Part shown: positions 19,191 through 28,174 of the stretch, one piece after another
Layout: each line of letters opens with the position of its first letter
How positions within the stretch are numbered: the stretch's first letter is position 1
Sequence record: MT446423.1
Source: Escherichia virus TH58
Direction: 5' to 3' (one strand)
Length of the DNA stretch: 64,000 nucleotides
Notes under the pieces: model-generated
What the model saw: the letters and a program-made list of their open reading frames with translations, nothing else
Database searches by the model: none
Told to the model about the DNA's origin: nothing
Translations under genes and position numbers: made by a program

Positions 19191-19733
19191 ATGAGAAAAG
19201 CACTACTCGCTGGTCTATTTGCTCTTTCATTATCAGCACATAGCTCCGAGCATACTTTTAGTAATGTCCAACTCGATAACTTGAATTATGCTTATCAGTT
19301 TGGGGAACAGTTTTCTAAGGACGGAAAATTTAAAACGCATGAAAATATGCATAAGAAAGGACTTGGATACATAATGGCCGCAATACTATGGCAGGAATCA
19401 TCTGCCGGTATTAATCTTAAAGATAAGAAAGGTCACCATGCGTATGGAATGTTCCAAAATTATCTACCAACAATGAGGGCAAGAATTAACCAGCTTGGTT
19501 ATAATATGTCTGATGCCCAAATTAAGAAAATGCTATCTAAGCGGTCTAATTCAGCCAGATGGGCTTATATCGAATTTTCTTATTGGTTAAATATACATAA
19601 CGGGGATATAAGAAAAGCTATATCCTCATATAATGCGGGATGGAAGACAAGTGCTGGAAGTAAATATGCTTCTGAAGTCCTAGAAAAGGCTAATTACCTT
19701 AAATCAAATAAACTACTGGAAATAAAAGAATGA
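19191..19733 (+). CDS. Secreted lytic transglycosylase-like protein (SLT domain)
   Basis: N-terminal signal peptide; SLT-like motifs WQESS, AYGMFQ, SYNAGW. Confidence 0.55.
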   Translation: MRKALLAGLFALSLSAHSSEHTFSNVQLDNLNYAYQFGEQFSKDGKFKTHENMHKKGLGYIMAAILWQESSAGINLKDKKGHHAYGMFQNYLPTMRARINQLGYNMSDAQIKKMLSKRSNSARWAYIEFSYWLNIHNGDIRKAISSYNAGWKTSAGSKYASEVLEKANYLKSNKLLEIKE

Positions 19734-20077
19734 CCAAAATGTTGGCTTTAATAGTTGGCTTGGTTTCATTTAACGCTCTTGCTAATACTACATATACTGA
19801 TGTAACGGAGTATACAAACAGAACGGCGTCTGATTATTGTGGTCAAAGTCAAGAGTGTAAAGTAGATTTTTCACAAAAATTGTTATATGCGTATAAAGAC
19901 GGAGAAAAAGATGGGGCGTCTAGTAGGTTCAAGGCGTCTACCTTAATTAAAAGATACTATAAAAAATGGCAAATATTAGAATGCTCGGTGGCGGAACCTA
20001 AAGATAAGGCAGCATGCAATTCTATGGTGGACCGTCTAGTTGACTCTTATACTAGAGGACTTGCAGCAAGTGATTAA
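19730..20077 (+). CDS. Secreted protein, function unknown
   Basis: Signal peptide MTKMLALIVGLVSFNALA; 115 aa. Confidence 0.5.
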   Translation: MTKMLALIVGLVSFNALANTTYTDVTEYTNRTASDYCGQSQECKVDFSQKLLYAYKDGEKDGASSRFKASTLIKRYYKKWQILECSVAEPKDKAACNSMVDRLVDSYTRGLAASD

Positions 20078-20537
20078 AAACTATATCAAGGGCGATATTG
20101 TCGCCCTGTTTTCTAAAGGTAATAATATTGCTCATGGGTGTAATTGTTTTCATACAATGGGCGCCGGCGTGGCAGGACAATTAGCAAAGGCTTATCCAAA
20201 AATTTTAGAAGCCGATAAACTTCAAACCGAATTCGGAGACGAGTCTAAACTCGGGACTTATTCGGTTTATGAAAAATATTTTAAGACACATAAAGCTTAT
20301 TGCTTTAATCTTTATACACAGTTTGAGCCGGGACCTAATTTTGAGTACTCTGCTTTAATGAATTGTATAATAGAATTAAATGAATTCGGAAAGAATAAGA
20401 TAACAAAGCCTGTAATTTATATGCCAAGAATTGGTGCAGGTATCGGTGGTGGAAACTGGGATGTCATCGAAGAGATTTTAGATACGTATTCCACTAAACT
20501 AGAAATTGTGATTGTTGATTGGGAACCATTATTATGA
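20070..20537 (+). CDS. Macro-domain protein (ADP-ribose binding or processing)
   Basis: Motifs NIAHGCNCFHTMGAGVAGQLAKAYP and MPRIGAGIGGGNW resemble macrodomain glycine-rich loops; start uncertain (GTG 20070 or TTG 20040). Confidence 0.5.
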   Translation: MIKNYIKGDIVALFSKGNNIAHGCNCFHTMGAGVAGQLAKAYPKILEADKLQTEFGDESKLGTYSVYEKYFKTHKAYCFNLYTQFEPGPNFEYSALMNCIIELNEFGKNKITKPVIYMPRIGAGIGGGNWDVIEEILDTYSTKLEIVIVDWEPLL

Positions 20538-20746
20538 ATATACATTATCCGCATCCATATGACCCAAAGAATAAGGCAGTAATTATTCGACAATGGGAAC
20601 GCATTTGTCGTACCAAATGTCCAATTAATAGTCCACATGATGTAGATAAAGACTACATCGGAACATTCGTTGAATATACCTTTATTGATAAGAAAGGTCG
20701 TAAACAGCATGTAGAAGAATACTGCTTAAAGGTGACATGGTTATGA
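20534..20746 (+). CDS. Hypothetical protein
   Basis: ATG 20534; 70 aa. Confidence 0.4.
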   Translation: MNIHYPHPYDPKNKAVIIRQWERICRTKCPINSPHDVDKDYIGTFVEYTFIDKKGRKQHVEEYCLKVTWL

Positions 20747-20928
20747 GTTTAAGCAAAGAACAAAAAGACAAACTCTTTTCTCTTATCCACGAAGTTATGG
20801 ATAAAAACAGTGAATTGGAAAAAGTTTGTGATGAATGCGGTCCTTTTAATGCAAACGAGTACGAAGAACTTTCTAAAGAATTCGATAATAAAGAACAAGA
20901 ACTTATTAATTATATAAATTCCTTATGA
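20737..20928 (+). CDS. Small acidic protein (tandem paralog A)
   Basis: 63 aa; similar in size and charge to the next ORF. Confidence 0.45.
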   Translation: MVMSLSKEQKDKLFSLIHEVMDKNSELEKVCDECGPFNANEYEELSKEFDNKEQELINYINSL

Positions 20929-21122
20929 TTACTCGCGAACAAAAGAACGAAATATTATTTTTAGTTGGTGAAATTATTAGTTTAGAAAAGGATTTGTCTT
21001 TTGAATTATCTTCTGATTATGGAGATGCCGAAACATATTACGAATTAGTAAAATCTATCGATAAAGCTGAAAATGATTTAGAAACATATTTAGAAAATTT
21101 AACTAAGGACTCTTATGGCTAG
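20925..21122 (+). CDS. Small acidic protein (tandem paralog B)
   Basis: 65 aa; REQK..L...E motif shared with 20737..20928. Confidence 0.45.
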   Translation: MITREQKNEILFLVGEIISLEKDLSFELSSDYGDAETYYELVKSIDKAENDLETYLENLTKDSYG

Positions 21123-21696
21123 TTTAATTTTTACATATGCCGCTATGAATGCTGGTAAGTCTGCTTCATTACTTACTGCCGCACATAACTATAAAGAACG
21201 TGGCATGGGTGTATTAGTTCTTAAACCGGCTATTGATACTCGCGATTCAAAAGGTGAAATAGTCTCTCGTATTGGTATTCGTCAAGACGCCAATATAATT
21301 ACAAAAGACATGGATATCTTTGAATTCTATAAATGGGCTGCAGCACAAAAGGATATTCATTGTGTATTTGTTGACGAAGCTCAATTCTTAACTACTGAAA
21401 AGGTGTATCAACTTAGTCGTATTGTTGACGTATACAATGTGCCGGTAATGGCATATGGACTACGAACAGATTTTAAAGGTAATCTATTTGAAGGTTCTCA
21501 AGCATTAATGGCTATTGCCGATAAGCTTGTTGAACTTAAAGGTGTCTGTCATTGTGGTAAAAAGGCCACAATGGTAGCTAGAGTCACGGAAGACGGACTT
21601 CCAATTACAGATGGCAGTCAAATTGAAATTGGTGATACTGATAGATATGTGTCATTATGCCGGAAGCATTGGAATGATTTGACAGGGTTGTTATAA
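21115..21696 (+). CDS. tk: Thymidine kinase
   Basis: P-loop AMNAGKS, zinc-ribbon CHCGKKA...CRKH; 193 aa. Confidence 0.9.
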   Translation: MASLIFTYAAMNAGKSASLLTAAHNYKERGMGVLVLKPAIDTRDSKGEIVSRIGIRQDANIITKDMDIFEFYKWAAAQKDIHCVFVDEAQFLTTEKVYQLSRIVDVYNVPVMAYGLRTDFKGNLFEGSQALMAIADKLVELKGVCHCGKKATMVARVTEDGLPITDGSQIEIGDTDRYVSLCRKHWNDLTGLL

Positions 21697-21723
21697 ATAC
21701 TAATATCTAACCAAGAGGTATAT

Positions 21724-21936
21724 ATGCAGCAATTAAACGAAAGACAACTTCGTAATCTTACTGTAACCCAATTGGATGAAATCCGAAGAGAATTAGGACA
21801 TTCTATTTCTCATTTAAACGAGGATATCCGTCAAACTGGTTCTAAAGCTGATTATACACGCAAGCGCAAGCTGGAAAAATACCTCACAGATGTTAAGGCC
21901 GTCCAAAGGCGAAAAATAAATACTGGCCAAAATTAA
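21724..21936 (+). CDS. Hypothetical basic protein (rI.-1 position)
   Basis: 70 aa; AAGAGG RBS. Confidence 0.5.
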   Translation: MQQLNERQLRNLTVTQLDEIRRELGHSISHLNEDIRQTGSKADYTRKRKLEKYLTDVKAVQRRKINTGQN

Positions 21937-21948
21937 CAGGAGGCCTAT

Positions 21949-22252
21949 ATGGCCTTAAGAGCGATAGCTGTCATGGCGATGCTGGGGTTTTTTTGCAGCA
22001 ACAACTCCTATCGTTGGTACTGCACATATTGACCCATATTTTGATAACTTTATGGAATCAGGGATTAAAAACGTATATACTTTGTTTGAAATTCAAAATG
22101 TCGAGAATTCTGAAAAATTCTATAAGTATATGGCAAAGCATTACAAAAATAGCCCCTGTGATGATGCATTTGAATGTCATGAACAAGGCATAAAAACTGC
22201 CAGACAATTTGCCGAGTTCATGAAAATAAAATTAGAGCCTACATCTATCTAA
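21949..22252 (+). pseudogene. rI: rI lysis-inhibition regulator (antiholin), reading frame broken at a T7 tract
   Basis: AGGAGG-ATG at 21949 encodes signal-anchor MALRAIAVMAMLGFF, then stops at 22030; frame +1 from 21995 continues AATTPIVGTAHIDPYFDNFMESGIK...KIKLEPTSI, which matches T4 RI; frames join if the T run 21988-21994 had 6 rather than 7 T. Confidence 0.6.
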
Positions 22253-22259
22253 TTTACCT

Positions 22260-22287
22260 GCCCCTTCCGAAAGGTTGGGGCTTTTTG
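22260..22287 (+). terminator. Rho-independent terminator
   Basis: GCCCCTTCCGAAAGGTTGGGGC plus T5. Confidence 0.75.
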
Positions 22288-22295
22288 TATAAATA
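22288..22295 (+). promoter_or_regulatory. Late promoter TATAAATA
   Basis: Exact TATAAATA 25 nt upstream of the ATG at 22320. Confidence 0.5.
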
Positions 22296-22319
22296 TCCTT
22301 GTAAACTAAGAGAGGATAT

Positions 22320-22877
22320 ATGAAATTTTTAAAATATGTAAGTTGGGTTGTTCTTGTTCCTATAGATTGGATCGCAGCGATTTTAGCAATTATTCTAGCG
22401 CCATTTGTAGTTCCATTCCATAGTGAAAAAACCGGTAAACTACCTTATGGCTTTAACTGGATGATGACTTACGATAATCCTATCGATGGTGACCGCGGCC
22501 ATGTTGAACGTTGGTCTAAAATACGTAAAATTCCTGTTATAGGTAAATATGCTCAACGCGTAGCTTGGCTATGGCGCAACAAAGCATATAATTTTTCGTA
22601 TCATGTTTTAGGTCGCGAAGCTTCATCAGAATGGCATTATAAAGGCAACGCCGAAACTAAATCTGGATCTCCTGATCCAGCACATCATGGATATCTTTTA
22701 GTTTGGAACGAGTCGGCATGGGGATTATTCGCTGCTATACCTTATCTTAAGGTTGGTGGTATTACATTTTATCTGCGTGTTTACTGTGGTTGGAAACTTA
22801 AGAGTCTTTTGAGTCGTCCTATTCCACGCGCAATGCTTTCATTCCATATCAACCCTTTACGATATTACAAAAACTAA
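22320..22877 (+). CDS. Membrane protein, likely late-expressed (rI.1 position)
   Basis: N-terminal TM helices; 185 aa; flanked by two terminators and preceded by a late promoter. Confidence 0.55.
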   Translation: MKFLKYVSWVVLVPIDWIAAILAIILAPFVVPFHSEKTGKLPYGFNWMMTYDNPIDGDRGHVERWSKIRKIPVIGKYAQRVAWLWRNKAYNFSYHVLGREASSEWHYKGNAETKSGSPDPAHHGYLLVWNESAWGLFAAIPYLKVGGITFYLRVYCGWKLKSLLSRPIPRAMLSFHINPLRYYKN

Positions 22878-22882
22878 TCAAA

Positions 22883-22910
22883 GCCCCTTCCGAAAGGTTG
22901 GGGCTTTTTG
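22883..22910 (+). terminator. Rho-independent terminator
   Basis: Same hairpin GCCCCTTCCGAAAGGTTGGGGC plus T5. Confidence 0.75.
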
Positions 22911-22920
22911 GCATCTATCA

Positions 22921-22950
22921 GTTTACTTCTCCTCAGGTTGTGTTATAGTA
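22921..22950 (+). promoter_or_regulatory. Early promoter GTTTAC / TATAGT
   Basis: GTTTAC 22921-22926, 18-nt spacer, TATAGT 22945-22950. Confidence 0.5.
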
Positions 22951-22976
22951 GTCCTTACTTAATAGAGGAGAATGTT

Positions 22977-23156
22977 ATGACACGTAAAGAAAAAATTTCT
23001 AAGTTAATGTTTTTGATTGAAGAGTATGCTAATGCGGTGTCTGATTGGGAAAATGCTCATGGTTGTGAAGATGGAGACATCGACATTAACAGAGCTATGA
23101 AAAAGATGGCTGAAGCCCACACCGAATTGCAAATGTATGTTAACGAGATTATGTGA
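22977..23156 (+). CDS. Small hypothetical protein
   Basis: ATG 22977 after AGAGGAG; 59 aa. Confidence 0.45.
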   Translation: MTRKEKISKLMFLIEEYANAVSDWENAHGCEDGDIDINRAMKKMAEAHTELQMYVNEIM

Positions 23157-23163
23157 GGATATT

Positions 23164-23328
23164 ATGCTTTACGATTATACTGGAAAATCTGAAGACGGTG
23201 TACTTGAACTTTTACCTGAAAGCGCTGAAGATGATATGGTGGTGATATATTGTGTTGGTTGTCAATCAATGCATGATGAAATTTTTAAACGTGAACCAAG
23301 AAACTGTTGGCACAGGAGCATGAGATGA
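23164..23328 (+). CDS. Small Cys-containing protein (paralog A; MLYDYTGKSEDGVLEL)
   Basis: GAGGA RBS; CVGC motif. Confidence 0.45.
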   Translation: MLYDYTGKSEDGVLELLPESAEDDMVVIYCVGCQSMHDEIFKREPRNCWHRSMR

Positions 23329-23419
23329 TTTATTATCTTGAACCTTGGGCTTGGTTAACAATGGCTGTAGGACCTGTTTTAATTGGTTTATTCTTTTCAT
23401 GGTTAGCGAGGAAACTGTA

Positions 23420-23635
23420 ATGTTATATGACCCAAGCGGTTGTTCTGAAGATGGTGTGATTGTTCTGGAGCCTGAGCATCCAGTTGGTGATGTATATCGC
23501 ACCGTTGAAGTATGCGAATGTAATTTCGTTGAAGGTAATACTGGCGGAATTTCCATTGAGCAAGATGATGATGTTATTTACCTGGATGCAAGCCAAGTTG
23601 AAGAGCTTTATCAACATTTAAAACACAATCGGTAG
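23420..23635 (+). CDS. Small protein (paralog B; MLYDPSGCSEDGVIVL)
   Basis: GAGGAAA RBS; N-terminus homologous to 23164 ORF. Confidence 0.5.
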   Translation: MLYDPSGCSEDGVIVLEPEHPVGDVYRTVEVCECNFVEGNTGGISIEQDDDVIYLDASQVEELYQHLKHNR

Positions 23636-23664
23636 TTTACGTTTTGGTAGGACTATGATATAGT
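23635..23664 (+). promoter_or_regulatory. Early promoter GTTTAC / TATAGT with inverted repeat TAGGACTAT...TAATCCTA
   Basis: GTTTAC 23635-23640; TATAGT 23659-23664. Confidence 0.5.
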
Positions 23665-23692
23665 AATCCTACCAAAACAAATGGAGAACAAA

Positions 23693-23803
23693 ATGAAACT
23701 TTTGCTTATCGCTTATGTTGTAGTACAATACAATTATCCGATGTTTACTTATAACATGGTAAACGGCATAGTGAATCTTATTGAAACGAGTATGGTAAAA
23801 TGA
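23693..23803 (+). CDS. Small hydrophobic peptide (36 aa)
   Basis: GGAG RBS then ATG; MKLLLIAYVVVQYNYPMF...; below the track length cut-off. Confidence 0.3.
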   Translation: MKLLLIAYVVVQYNYPMFTYNMVNGIVNLIETSMVK

Positions 23804-23979
23804 CCCGTGAACAAGCTAATAAATTGATGGACCTTATCCATGACTTACGTGAAGCTGATTCAGATTTGAATGATGTAGCTTATCATGCGGTAAATGATAA
23901 CGGAGATTTTTATGAAAATCAGGTTGATGCTTGCCAGAATGCTTTGGTGAATTTTGTTGAAACTTTAATTGGTGAATAA
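23800..23979 (+). CDS. Small acidic protein (59 aa)
   Basis: ATGA overlap with preceding peptide; below the track length cut-off. Confidence 0.3.
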   Translation: MTREQANKLMDLIHDLREADSDLNDVAYHAVNDNGDFYENQVDACQNALVNFVETLIGE

Positions 23980-23980
23980 T

Positions 23981-24511
23981 ATGAAAACTGTAATTGAAAC
24001 AACCGAGTTGTTTGGTGATTTATGTATCGAAAAACGTGGTTATGTGTATGTTCTAACACAAGAAGATGATGCTGCTACTATTCTTCCTATGGAACTGGAC
24101 AAGATTTTGAAACTCAATCCACCAGGTCATGCATCTGTAATTAACATCGGTGAAGACCTCCAAGTTCGTTTTTATCATGGACTTTATAGTGGGGTTAATA
24201 TCGAAACTGAAGACGAATGTTTTTCTATTAATAATTGGAAAACATTCGTCACTAAGGTGAAAGAATTAATGGAATCTGAAACAGCCAAAAAGGCCAAACT
24301 TCAATGGGCTAAATGCCGTAATGCTTTTATTACAAATCAGGACCGCCCTGACTATACAACAGTCCTAGGCGTTAATCCTTCTTATGAAGATGGTGATGTC
24401 GTAGTTATTCGTCAAATTGATGACCTTCGTCAACATATCATTACATTAGACAAAGATGAAGCAGTTGCTCTTAAAGCTTATCTTGATTCTATTATCCCGA
24501 CTTTGAAATAA
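23981..24511 (+). CDS. Hypothetical protein
   Basis: ATG 23981; 176 aa. Confidence 0.5.
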   Translation: MKTVIETTELFGDLCIEKRGYVYVLTQEDDAATILPMELDKILKLNPPGHASVINIGEDLQVRFYHGLYSGVNIETEDECFSINNWKTFVTKVKELMESETAKKAKLQWAKCRNAFITNQDRPDYTTVLGVNPSYEDGDVVVIRQIDDLRQHIITLDKDEAVALKAYLDSIIPTLK

Positions 24512-24520
24512 GGAATTATT

Positions 24521-24994
24521 ATGATTATCAATGAAAACTCTTGGCACTTTAAAATTTATGCCGCGTTCAATAGTACATGGAATCGCCCTAAAACATTATG
24601 TGCTTATTTTTGGAAAACGTTAATCCCGGTATTGTCTGTTTCAATTATCGGATTTGCGATTTTAGCAGCAGTAACAATCATTGGCCAGGAAATTTTAACT
24701 AAATTCTTTGTTTTTAGCAGTCTATGGACATTAGTTCCAGCCTCAATTGGCGTAGGCATTTTAATGACATCGGTCATGGCTTTTATTTCTGCCGGGTTGA
24801 TAATTGGTCCGTCTTGGTTGTTAGACAAATATAACGACAGAAAATATTATAAAGAAATTGAGTTCATTGCGAAAAACCAAGAACGAATTAAAAATGGACT
24901 TGAGCCTATTGAACGTAAGAAATCATTAATAGGTGAATACCTTAAAGCTCGTAAAGAAAAAGTCTGTCCTACTCTTGAATATAAGGCTAAATGA
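24521..24994 (+). CDS. Membrane protein
   Basis: Three predicted TM helices; 157 aa. Confidence 0.55.
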   Translation: MIINENSWHFKIYAAFNSTWNRPKTLCAYFWKTLIPVLSVSIIGFAILAAVTIIGQEILTKFFVFSSLWTLVPASIGVGILMTSVMAFISAGLIIGPSWLLDKYNDRKYYKEIEFIAKNQERIKNGLEPIERKKSLIGEYLKARKEKVCPTLEYKAK

Positions 24995-26004
24995 TGAAAA
25001 CAATTGTGAAAACTTATTTTGGTAGCCACCTTTATGGAACGTCTACCCCAGAATCTGACGTCGATTTTAAAGAAATTTATGTCCCTCATGCTCGTGATAT
25101 CTTGACCGGTAACGTTAAAGAACACATGAGCAAGAACACGAATAACACATCTTCTAAGAACACAAAAGACGACGTGGACCATGAGTTGTATAGTCTCAAA
25201 TATTTCTTTAAACTAGCTGCTGAAGGCGAAACCGTTGCTCTGGACATGATTCACACACCGGCTGAAATGGTGGTTAAATCTGATTTACCTGATGTATGGA
25301 AATTTATCCAAGACAATCGTTCACGCTTCTATACAACTAACATGAAAGCCTATTTAGGGTACGTCCGTAAGCAAGCTTCTAAATATGGTGTTAAGGGTTC
25401 TCGTCTGGCTGCTCTGCGTGGTGTACTGGCTATCGTTAACCAGATTCCTGAACAATGGGTTGATTATCAAGAAGGAATCCCTGATAGACTTCGTCGTACT
25501 AAAGTAGAAGATATCAAACACAGACTCCCTGAAAACGAGTTCTGTGAATGGGTATTCCATAACCATGAGAAAACAGGCCCACAAACGTTCTATACTGTTC
25601 TCGGACGTAAGTACCAAACAACGTTATCAATTACAGAGCTCAAGCAATCTCTGAATAAGCTTGATGCTGAATATGGTGAACGTGCTCGTAAGGCAGAAGC
25701 TAACGAAGGTATTGACTGGAAAGCATTGAGTCATGCATGTCGTGGTGGACTTCAACTATTAGAAATTTACAAAACCGGCGACCTGGTTTACCCACTTCAG
25801 GATGCTCCATTTATTCTCGATGTTAAGCTTGGTAAACATACGTTTAAAACTGTACAAGAATTCCTAGAAGATATCGTTGACCAAGTTGAACATGCGTCAG
25901 AACAAGCTGCCAAGAATGGTATGCAGCAAAAAGTAGATATGAGTTTCTGGGATGACTTCCTTGAACAAGTTTACTTAGAAAACCACAATTCGTACTATAA
26001 ATGA
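24991..26004 (+). CDS. Putative nucleotidyltransferase-fold protein
   Basis: N-terminal YFGSHLYGTSTPESDVDF (GS...DhD signature); 337 aa; hairpin GGGCCTTCGGGCCC downstream. Confidence 0.5.
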   Translation: MMKTIVKTYFGSHLYGTSTPESDVDFKEIYVPHARDILTGNVKEHMSKNTNNTSSKNTKDDVDHELYSLKYFFKLAAEGETVALDMIHTPAEMVVKSDLPDVWKFIQDNRSRFYTTNMKAYLGYVRKQASKYGVKGSRLAALRGVLAIVNQIPEQWVDYQEGIPDRLRRTKVEDIKHRLPENEFCEWVFHNHEKTGPQTFYTVLGRKYQTTLSITELKQSLNKLDAEYGERARKAEANEGIDWKALSHACRGGLQLLEIYKTGDLVYPLQDAPFILDVKLGKHTFKTVQEFLEDIVDQVEHASEQAAKNGMQQKVDMSFWDDFLEQVYLENHNSYYK

Positions 26005-26051
26005 TAAGGGCCTTCGGGCCCTTTAGGGGGTCAAAATATTTTTAAAAAGTA

Positions 26052-26080
26052 GTGTACATGCTTTTAGGATATGTTATTAT
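26052..26080 (+). promoter_or_regulatory. Early promoter variant (GTGTAC, TATTAT) with AGGTCTAT-type hairpin
   Basis: GTGTAC 26052-26057, TATTAT 26075-26080. Confidence 0.4.
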
Positions 26081-26118
26081 AGACCTATCGAAACGAAATG
26101 AGTAAATTGGAGAATAAA

Positions 26119-27099
26119 ATGTTCAACGTTCAAATCAAAAAAGGTATCTATCGTAATAACGAAATCTCTGGTTCTTATGTTGCCACAAAGACATGGTTCC
26201 CGGCAAAGCTTAATCCTGAATGTTCCCACTTAGGTGACGGTAAAATTTTCGTTATGATCGATGGTTCTGAACGTGGAGTATGGGTCTTCAAATCAGACAT
26301 CGTAATGGAAGGAGTTGAGACGTCACCAGTTGCAGTTGTTGAAAGCACTGAAGATATGAAAACTCGTATCAACAAACGCTTTAAAGTAATGAACATGATG
26401 ACGAACGGCATTATCGATGGCAAAATTCGTTCACTCATTATTTCAGGTGCAGCTGGTATTGGTAAGACGTATTCTCTGGATAAAGCACTTAATAATGCTA
26501 ATGATAATGGTTTCATCAAATACAAAAGCATTAATGGTAAAATCTCCGGTATTGGCCTTTACGAACAACTTTGGCTCAACCGTGATGCAGACAGCGTTCT
26601 CTTAATCGACGACGTTGACGTATTCTCGGATATGGACATCTTGAACCTTCTTAAAGCAGCATTAGATACCGGTGATAAACGCAAAGTTTGTTGGAGCACT
26701 GCGTCATCTTATCTCGATGATAAGGGTATTGATAAAGAATTTGAGTTTGAAGGTACTATCGTTTTCATTACAAACGTTGATATCGATAAAGAGTTAGAAC
26801 GTGGTTCGAAACTTGCTCCACACCTTCAAGCTTTAGTATCTCGTTCAGTGTATCTCGACCTTGGAGTACACTCTAATGAAGAGATTATGGTTCGAGTTGA
26901 AGATGTAATATTATCTACTGACATGATGCAGAAACGTGGTCTGACGGATGCAGAAACGTATAAAGCATTGTCCTGGATGAAGGCTAACGTATCTCGTCTT
27001 CGCAATGTATCATTACGTACGGCTCTTTATGTAGCAGATTTTATTTCAACTGATAAAGATGGTTGGGAAGAAATCTCGGAAGTTACTTTACTGAAATAA
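26119..27099 (+). CDS. AAA-type ATPase
   Basis: Walker A GAAGIGKT, Walker B VLLIDDVD; ATG 26119 after GGAG. Confidence 0.6.
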   Translation: MFNVQIKKGIYRNNEISGSYVATKTWFPAKLNPECSHLGDGKIFVMIDGSERGVWVFKSDIVMEGVETSPVAVVESTEDMKTRINKRFKVMNMMTNGIIDGKIRSLIISGAAGIGKTYSLDKALNNANDNGFIKYKSINGKISGIGLYEQLWLNRDADSVLLIDDVDVFSDMDILNLLKAALDTGDKRKVCWSTASSYLDDKGIDKEFEFEGTIVFITNVDIDKELERGSKLAPHLQALVSRSVYLDLGVHSNEEIMVRVEDVILSTDMMQKRGLTDAETYKALSWMKANVSRLRNVSLRTALYVADFISTDKDGWEEISEVTLLK

Positions 27100-27237
27100 G
27101 CTTATAGGAAGTTCTGAGGTAACAAAAGCCATAAAGATGAATAATCATATGGCTTACCTCAAAGAAGGACACCAGGAACCTACTGAGGGCATAGAAATAT
27201 TTAAAAATAATGATGTACAAATCAAAGAGGATATGTT

Positions 27238-27525
27238 ATGGATTTTATGCAAAAAATTAAAGCCGCAGTCGAACTGTATGCTCATCGTATGGTTAGTTCT
27301 ACGATGCAATATAGCGAGGATGTTCGCCAGGACTCTTCCTTGAAAGGAAAAACTAAAGCCTTAATTACCTTAGATCGTTTGCAAAAGAATGCCATAGAGA
27401 TGCTCCAGTACGACAAGGATGCATATAAGAAAGAACAGGAAGAGAAACTTAAATCTGAAAAATTACAGAAAATTCCGAAATCGGTTTGGTTCAGTGGAAA
27501 AAATACCGAAAAAAGTTTCTTTTAG
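27238..27525 (+). CDS. Hypothetical basic protein
   Basis: AGAGGA RBS; 95 aa. Confidence 0.5.
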   Translation: MDFMQKIKAAVELYAHRMVSSTMQYSEDVRQDSSLKGKTKALITLDRLQKNAIEMLQYDKDAYKKEQEEKLKSEKLQKIPKSVWFSGKNTEKSFF

Positions 27526-27527
27526 TT

Positions 27528-27556
27528 GTTTACAAGGTCTATGGTTATGTTATTAT
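27528..27556 (+). promoter_or_regulatory. Early promoter GTTTAC / TATTAT with hairpin AGGTCTAT...ATAGACCT
   Basis: GTTTAC 27528-27533, 17-nt spacer, TATTAT 27551-27556. Confidence 0.5.
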
Positions 27557-27583
27557 AGACCTATCAACTACTGGAGGTAAAAC

Positions 27584-28112
27584 ATGAACGCTAAAGATAT
27601 TTTCAACCTGGTAAATTATAACGACGGTAAATTTAAATCTGAAGCACAAAGCAAGTTCTTTAACGACGTTGCTTATGGTAACGAGATTACCGTGGACGGA
27701 GGTCAGATTTTCAAATCTCGCTGGAATTGGATTGCTATCATCGATTCAGTTGGAATTGTGGAAGTCTACAAAAACACTAGCAAAAAAACGTACATTATTC
27801 TGGTCTCGTGAAACTAACGAGCAGTACAAAAAGGATAAAGCATCTCGTTTATCCAAAGTAACCCAGGAAGATATCGAGTTTATCAAGAAAGATATCGAGA
27901 TGTACGAAAATTTAATCGCTGAAGACCAGGCAGTACTCGATAAGTTTGATGAAATTAAAGCTTCTCGTGAAATCCCTGACTTCATGAAAGAAACAGTAAA
28001 CGAACGATACGCTCTCACTTCAGAACGTATTGCAAACTATACAAAACAGAAAGCAGAACGTATTAGTACTCTTCGGAAATTTGAAGAACGTTTAAAGACG
28101 GTTCACGCATAA
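27584..28112 (+). CDS. Hypothetical protein, apparently split by a +1 frame change at an A7 tract
   Basis: ORF 27584..27811 (GGAGG RBS) and ORF continuing to 28112 overlap across the A run 27782-27788; the downstream segment has no credible own start. Confidence 0.4.
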
Positions 28113-28174
28113 ACGCTTTACCCAAGGACGGGTTATAATGGTTTTGAGTTCCAATTCAATCTGAGGAAATAGTT

